Below are positions 56,757-64,000 of a DNA stretch of 64,000 bases, piece after piece. The stretch is from Eledone cirrhosa (Eukaryota). Position 1 is the stretch's first letter. Each line of letters opens with the position of its first letter. Where the stretch lies: assembly GCA_964016885.1 (NCBI GenBank), contig OZ024742.1:216814001-216878000 (forward strand), read 5' to 3'. Below the pieces are notes generated by a model, which worked only from the letters and a program-made list of their open reading frames with translations, was not told where the DNA came from and searched no databases. Both the position numbers and the translations under genes were made by a program.

Positions 56757-57443
56757 CTTGCATTCGAAATTTTCGCTCGAATCTTCTTTATGAATAGGCT
56801 TGTAGGAAACGTAACTGAAACAGACACACAGACGAAAAAATCTTCAGAAAATCCGTCTCGTACAACGGCTAATGGAAATCATTTTGTCGGAGTAGATGCT
56901 GAAACAAGTTGGCTGGCAGACGGCTGGAGAGAAGCTCATGAAGCCAGCAAAAGTATTATCAGTGGAGGTCCAGGAGGCCACTCGCACATCCCGGGTAGTT
57001 GCGGTCGGGCACTACATCATCGCGGAGAACACGGTCCCGGGATCTACCACACTGGGGGTGGTTGTAGTACTGGTGGCAGAAGCCACGCTAGTGGCGGTGT
57101 TTACCAGGGTGCCGGATGTGCTAGTGGCAGTCATTCGCATGGAGGTCATGCTCATGCCGGAAGCCATGGTCATGCTGGAAGTCATGGTCATGTCGGAAGT
57201 CATGCTCATGCTGGTGGTCATGCTCATACCGGAAGTCATGGGCATTCGGGAGGTCATGGCCATAGCCATGGTCATTCTGGTGGTCATGGTCATATCGGTG
57301 GTCATGCTAGTGCTCGTAGTAGTGGTGGTGGCGGCGGCGTTGGTGGGAGTGGTGGAGGACATCCTAGTGGTGGACATGCAGGTTGTCGAGCAGAGCATGT
57401 TGTTGGTGGACATGGCGGTAGTGGTGGTGGTGGTGGTGGTGGA

Positions 57444-57480
<37 letters not shown>

Positions 57481-57803
57481 GAGGTGGTAGTAGTATTGGT
57501 AGTAGTAGTATTAGTGGCGGTGCTGGTGCATGTGTTGCTAGCGGGGGCTCTGGAAGCTGTGAGAGTCTGATGAAACGTAAGGAACTTATTCAGATTGAAA
57601 GAGATGTGAAAGCAATTCGAAAGTTTGTGAGTGAAAGTATGTACCGACTCGCCGAATCCGACCGCAAAGAAAAGTTGGCAAGAGAATGGAAAGCAGTTGC
57701 CTTGATATTTGATCGCCTTTTCTTTATTTTCTACGTTGTTATTATTTCGATTTCACTGGTTGTCGTTCCAGTGACTTTGAGAGCTGGATTAGGCAAAAAA
57801 TAA
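56757..57803 (+). CDS. nAChR terminal coding exon: MX, His/Gly-rich intracellular loop, MA helix, M4, stop
   Basis: cttgcag|CTT GCA TTC, phase 0. Ends with the canonical ...EWKAVALIFDRLFFIFYVVII... M4 signature and TAA at 57801-57803. Confidence 0.95.
57126..57308 (+). repeat. Coding 18-nt tandem repeat encoding G-[S/G]-H-[A/G/S]-H-x units
   Basis: About 10 imperfect units such as GGAAGTCATGGTCATGCT. 21 His in 61 codons. Confidence 0.9.
57423..57488 (+). repeat. Coding (GGN)22 poly-glycine tract
   Basis: GGT/GGA/GGC run of 66 nt, in frame with the exon. Confidence 0.95.
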
Positions 57804-57823
57804 CACAGAACATTTCAAATTCA

Positions 57824-57829
57824 AATAAA
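57824..57829 (+). terminator. Possible polyadenylation signal AATAAA
   Basis: AATAAA about 20 nt after the stop codon. The AT-rich background makes it weak evidence. Confidence 0.2.
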
Positions 57830-58082
57830 AACAAAAAAATACAAATATTTCTAACAACAAAACAATAACAAGAAGAACGAGAGGAACAAGAAGGAAAAGA
57901 AAAGGGAGAGGATGATAAAGGAAAGGCCGAATGATTAAAAGAACTGAAAAAGAGGTATTTTAAAGTATGAACTATGATATTCTAACAACTTCCCTCTCGA
58001 CTTTTATTCTTATCACACTCAAAGATGAAAAAACAACACATAAAGAAATGAAGGTTTATTAGACACACAGACACAGATATAT

Positions 58083-58164
<82 letters not shown>

Positions 58165-58461
58165 TAACAATATTCACGAAACCTCACTTTCTGCCAAAGA
58201 CACTTTCTACGTAAACCTTATATCAATACTTTAAAAAAAAAACCTCTGAAGACAGTCCATTTAAGCAGAGACTCTTCAACTTCAACAAGAAGAATAATGC
58301 AATGAGAAAATCCTATCCTATCATTTGGTGGAGGTAAAAGAAGAGCGGAATCTAAATTTCAAATTTTGTAGCAAAATAATTGCAGGCAGATTGAAAAGTA
58401 AGGTTCATATATTCAAACATATACAATATATATATATATATACATACATAAATATATATAC

Positions 58462-58496
<35 letters not shown>

Positions 58497-58729
58497 CTAT
58501 AATATTTAATAATAATTATATAATTATAAAATAATAATACTCATGTATGATATGATAACAACTACACATACATGTAAGTTAATAATGTAACCTACTTATA
58601 TACATGAATATATCATGCATATATATATATATATATAAATTTTTTAAAACTTTTACATAATCGTATATATATATATATATATACATGCATATACACCTAT
58701 TATATAAATGTGGGAGGTTGGATGCAGGA

Positions 58730-58774
<45 letters not shown>

Positions 58775-58782
58775 CATATATA

Positions 58783-58870
<88 letters not shown>

Positions 58871-59014
58871 TGTAAGTATGCATATGTATGTGTATAGTTC
58901 TATTTACCAAGACAATACCAATATAATCAAGGGCAAATGTAAATGATCTAGCGAAACGCAAAAGCAGTTCAACAGAAACAAATACATTAGAATGTATATA
59001 TGTGAGTGAATATG

Positions 59015-59061
<47 letters not shown>

Positions 59062-59372
59062 TAACGTATATCCTCATGTGTGGGAGAGAATGAATGTTTG
59101 TGGCTGTCTTTATATATGAATACATAATAGTGTTTGTAAATATAATGCATTAAAAAAAGATGATGCTAAGAAAGGAAAGTGAGAACATAATGTTTGACTG
59201 AACTATTAATTGTGAAAATGTAATTATTGTTATATAGTAATGGTATTTCTTTCTGAAAGAACATGTTATAAGTATTCGCTTCCATATACAGAAGACTAAC
59301 CTTCAACGACTGATTACTGTAAAATGGGTAACGGTTCAGATATAAACAATAATAATATAATGAATATTGTAC

Positions 59373-59918
<546 letters not shown>

Positions 59919-60246
59919 CCTATCAATGTCAATAGCTAAGCGCAAAAACACGTGATAATCAGCGGATAATGAAATATATTTTGGAAAGGCCATCTGCAGT
60001 TTAACATATACGTGCTTGACAAAGAAAGAGATGTGATGTCAGTAGCTGCTTTAATGATTTGTTATATTATTTATTATCTTTGTTTAATTTTATTTTCAAT
60101 AATGCTTCCATAGATAAGCTTTTGACTTGAGCTTTCTCTACTGATGAATATTCAGTGCCATACATACAAACATACATACATGCATGCATACATACATATG
60201 TACATATACAATTAAAATACTGACTCAAATATACGTACACACATTT

Positions 60247-60277
<31 letters not shown>

Positions 60278-60307
60278 TACACACACACACACACACATAC
60301 GCACGCG

Positions 60308-60338
<31 letters not shown>

Positions 60339-60351
60339 GTATATATATATG

Positions 60352-60383
<32 letters not shown>

Positions 60384-60625
60384 TGTATATATATGCACAT
60401 ATACATCCATATATACATCTGTTTAAGCGCGTTCCATAGACAGTTATATCAGTACTTGCAAATATATATATATATATATGTATATATATAAGAGTGTAGA
60501 CATTACTATAAGATAACTTGTTTCCATAGAATGACGGAGATGTTCATTCCCTAATTTACTATCGAAACGGTTCAAGCTTGACAGGCAAGCTTGCACTTTT
60601 TATATATAATATATATATGTATATA

Positions 60626-60664
<39 letters not shown>

Positions 60665-60734
60665 GATGTCAATAATTATATGTATGTGCTTTTGAACAAA
60701 TATGAAAATGTTATAACACAAACTATGATTATAT

Positions 60735-60915
60735 ATAATATAATATAACATAATATATAATATAATATAATATAATATAATAATAATATAATATAATATA
60801 ATATAATATAATATAATATAATATAATATAATATAATATAATATAACATAATATAATATAATATAATATAACATAATATAATATAATATAATATGATATA
60901 ATATAACATAATATA
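60735..60915. repeat. (AATAT)n pentanucleotide repeat
   Basis: Direct reading. Confidence 0.95.
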
Positions 60916-61140
60916 TATTGAGGCAGTAATTCGAAAAGGCCAAAATAAACAATGTACTGGCCGATTGGAACGGAATTGAAATCGGTGTTATGTTTTGACT
61001 CTTAAATTGATATTGGCCCAATGTATATCACAGATTTGTTGAATATCGTCTATATAAACAAATCTTAACCCCCGAATCTATATGGGCGAGTCTGTGTTTG
61101 AGAGTGTCTATGTATAGGTATAAGTAGGCGTCATTATATG

Positions 61141-61254
61141 TGTTCAAATCCCGCCAAGGTTAACTTTGCCTTTCATCCTCACGGGGTCGATGAAATAAAG
61201 TACCAGTAATGCACTGGGTAATTGCTGGCCTTGTGCCAAAAGTAGAAACAATTA
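61141..61254 (+). mobile_element. SINE family A 3' part
   Basis: B-box, core and tail. Confidence 0.82.
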
Positions 61255-61858
61255 TATGTGTATGTTAATGCGAACGTATTTGGGGAAACATACATGTATA
61301 AAAATACATGGTGATAAATATGCTTGCCTATGTGTTTATATGAATAAATATATATATGCACATATATATGCACATATATATGAACATATCTGTGTCCAAG
61401 CGAGCGTAAGTAATTTTGAAAGATATTGTTGGCTCTCGATGAAAATGTAATACCGTAACTGTCTCAGAGAAATTCTGTTTTATGTCTAGCAGTTTCGGAA
61501 ATTTGCAAAGAAAAAAACTCATGCACTTGTTGATATCAAGCACCACTATGACATTTCTTAAAATTGTCAGACATAATGTGCATTTGAGTATATATGAGAA
61601 GGAGAGAGAGAGATACATGTTGACGAGTGACTGTAAAGTGTACATTATATGTGTTAGCTTGAGATGCAGTATGCTGGACACTATACTGAGACAAACTATG
61701 AAATAATATACGAATATTGATGTACAAAGAAACTGGTATCCATTAATAGCAAATGGAGTATTGAAGCAAATATTTATTTATGAAATATATGCTTGTGTAT
61801 TGCATATGTGTACACTCGCACACACATGTGTATGTGACTATTTATGTATGCGTGTCTC

Positions 61859-61892
<34 letters not shown>

Positions 61893-62030
61893 GAACATGA
61901 TATTTAAACTGTATTATTGATTCTGAAAGCCTCAAACTACCAAGTGCACCATCTAGTTTTGTTTATTATTTCACACATACACAAAATTTTACACGTAAAT
62001 TATACATGTATATGTTTGGGGGTATCAGTT

Positions 62031-62069
<39 letters not shown>

Positions 62070-62089
62070 GCATATTCATATCTAAATAC

Positions 62090-62157
<68 letters not shown>

Positions 62158-62251
62158 TACACACGTATATACATATATATATATGTATGTGTGTGTATAT
62201 ATATATATATATGTATATATATGTACATATATATATGTATATATATATATG

Positions 62252-62389
<138 letters not shown>

Positions 62390-62415
62390 CACACACACAC
62401 ACACATATATATATA

Positions 62416-62446
<31 letters not shown>

Positions 62447-62895
62447 GCAAATACCCATGTAAGCAATATCATACCTACTGAAATACAATTTTAGTACGTG
62501 ATTTTTGATTTCTTGCAAAGTAAAGTTATGCTTCTTACTCTTGAAATATAACGCTTGTTACCTTTGAAATATAACACTAATATTGACACAGACAAAATCA
62601 TGGGATGTTTATATCTATCAACCTATCTCTTCCCTTTTACTCTTCTCTCTCTTTCTCTTTCTCTCTCTCTCTATATATATATATATACGTGTGTGAATGT
62701 TTTTTTGTGTGTGTGAGTTTGTGTGCATATATGTCTCTGTGTGTGTGTGTGTATGTATGTATAAAGAAAGATAGATACACAGATAGATAAGCAGATAGAT
62801 ATACATCCATGTACATAAACATCGGTCCATACACATATATATGTATATAAATAAATATATATATACATATGTGTGTGTGTATGTATGTATGTATG

Positions 62896-62944
<49 letters not shown>

Positions 62945-63138
62945 CTGTGTGTCGGATGGTAGCTAAGATGCTTCCATAGGCGGTATGCCGGTTGAGCACT
63001 CTATACTCTTACAGAGCAGAGTATGATATAATATAAAACGATAAATCAGTGATGCATCTGAACTCAATTTATTGTGTGTGAGTTTGTGTGCGTATATGTC
63101 TGTGTGTTCAGATGCATCACTGATTTTTCGTTTTATAT

Positions 63139-63171
<33 letters not shown>

Positions 63172-63792
63172 CAATGAATTGAATTTAAACATATTCACAA
63201 TTTCTGCCACAGAGTCTCTCATAAACGTTCACAGATACACTTACATAAATGTTAAGATTGTTTCCATAAATATACATACACAGATATATTTAATATGCAA
63301 GTATACATATGTTTATGATGTATAGTTGCATATGAGAATGATTAGAATGAAAATGAATTGAGTGGCATGTATTCGAACGTTGAGTATCATGGACCAGGTT
63401 CGGCTTGAAATGAATTCGTATAAGATTGGTGACGAAACACAACAGTATTCTCACCATCGATATAGGTATATGTGCGCGGATCGCCGAGGAAATGGGGGAT
63501 AGAAACAATGAAATAATCGAAAGCAAAAGCATACATTGCACTTAGACACGAAGACACAATGTGAATATAATTACACAATGTTCTCTACATATTACTTGGG
63601 AGATTAAAACACTTTTTCTAAAGTCATAGTCAGATACTTGCTGCCATTTCTGACAGTATCCGTCCTTCTAATTGTGAATGAGTCATAGTGTAGGTGGCTA
63701 TCTATGTATGTTTTATATGTCTGGTGTATGATGATTAGAGACAAATTGTAGTGTAGATTTCTGTATGTAATTTTGCATATATACACACACTC

Positions 63793-63885
<93 letters not shown>

Positions 63886-63892
63886 TGTGTAA

Positions 63893-63961
<69 letters not shown>

Positions 63962-64000
63962 ACGTAAGCTCGGGTTTGATCACATTACGTGGTATATAAC

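Noticed and set aside
56896-57570. Overlapping Val/Met-rich ORF (+) and Met/Thr-rich ORF 57012..57413 (-)
   Set aside because: These are shadow frames of the His/Gly repeat. Only the 56757 frame splices correctly and reaches M4.

Overview
AT-rich, microsatellite-dense animal genomic DNA, probably a coleoid cephalopod (octopus-like). That assignment is inferred from the SINE families, the repeat landscape and the receptor type. One protein-coding gene spans most of the window on the + strand: the last five coding exons (5827-5905, 26249-26624, 27630-27713, 44241-44356, 56757-57803) of a Cys-loop nicotinic acetylcholine receptor alpha-type subunit, all phase-compatible with GT-AG introns. Its M1-M2 linker (PPESPAK) matches the molluscan anion-selective nAChRs, and its M3-M4 loop holds an unusual His-Gly hexapeptide repeat plus a Gly22 tract. 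The introns are filled with decayed transposons: a Tx1/L1-like LINE, R4/Dong RLE-LINEs, RTE and CR1-like fragments, tRNA-derived SINEs, a non-autonomous Helitron, a hAT-like MITE and many Penelope-like element (PLE) remnants. The PLE remnants appear as inverted-repeat hairpins, mostly beside (TA)n tracts, and carry hammerhead ribozyme (HHR) motifs. In a manual scan, every HHR with an intact catalytic core lies antisense to the gene, while sense-strand copies carry core defects. Nearly all ORFs in the supplied track are microsatellite read-throughs.
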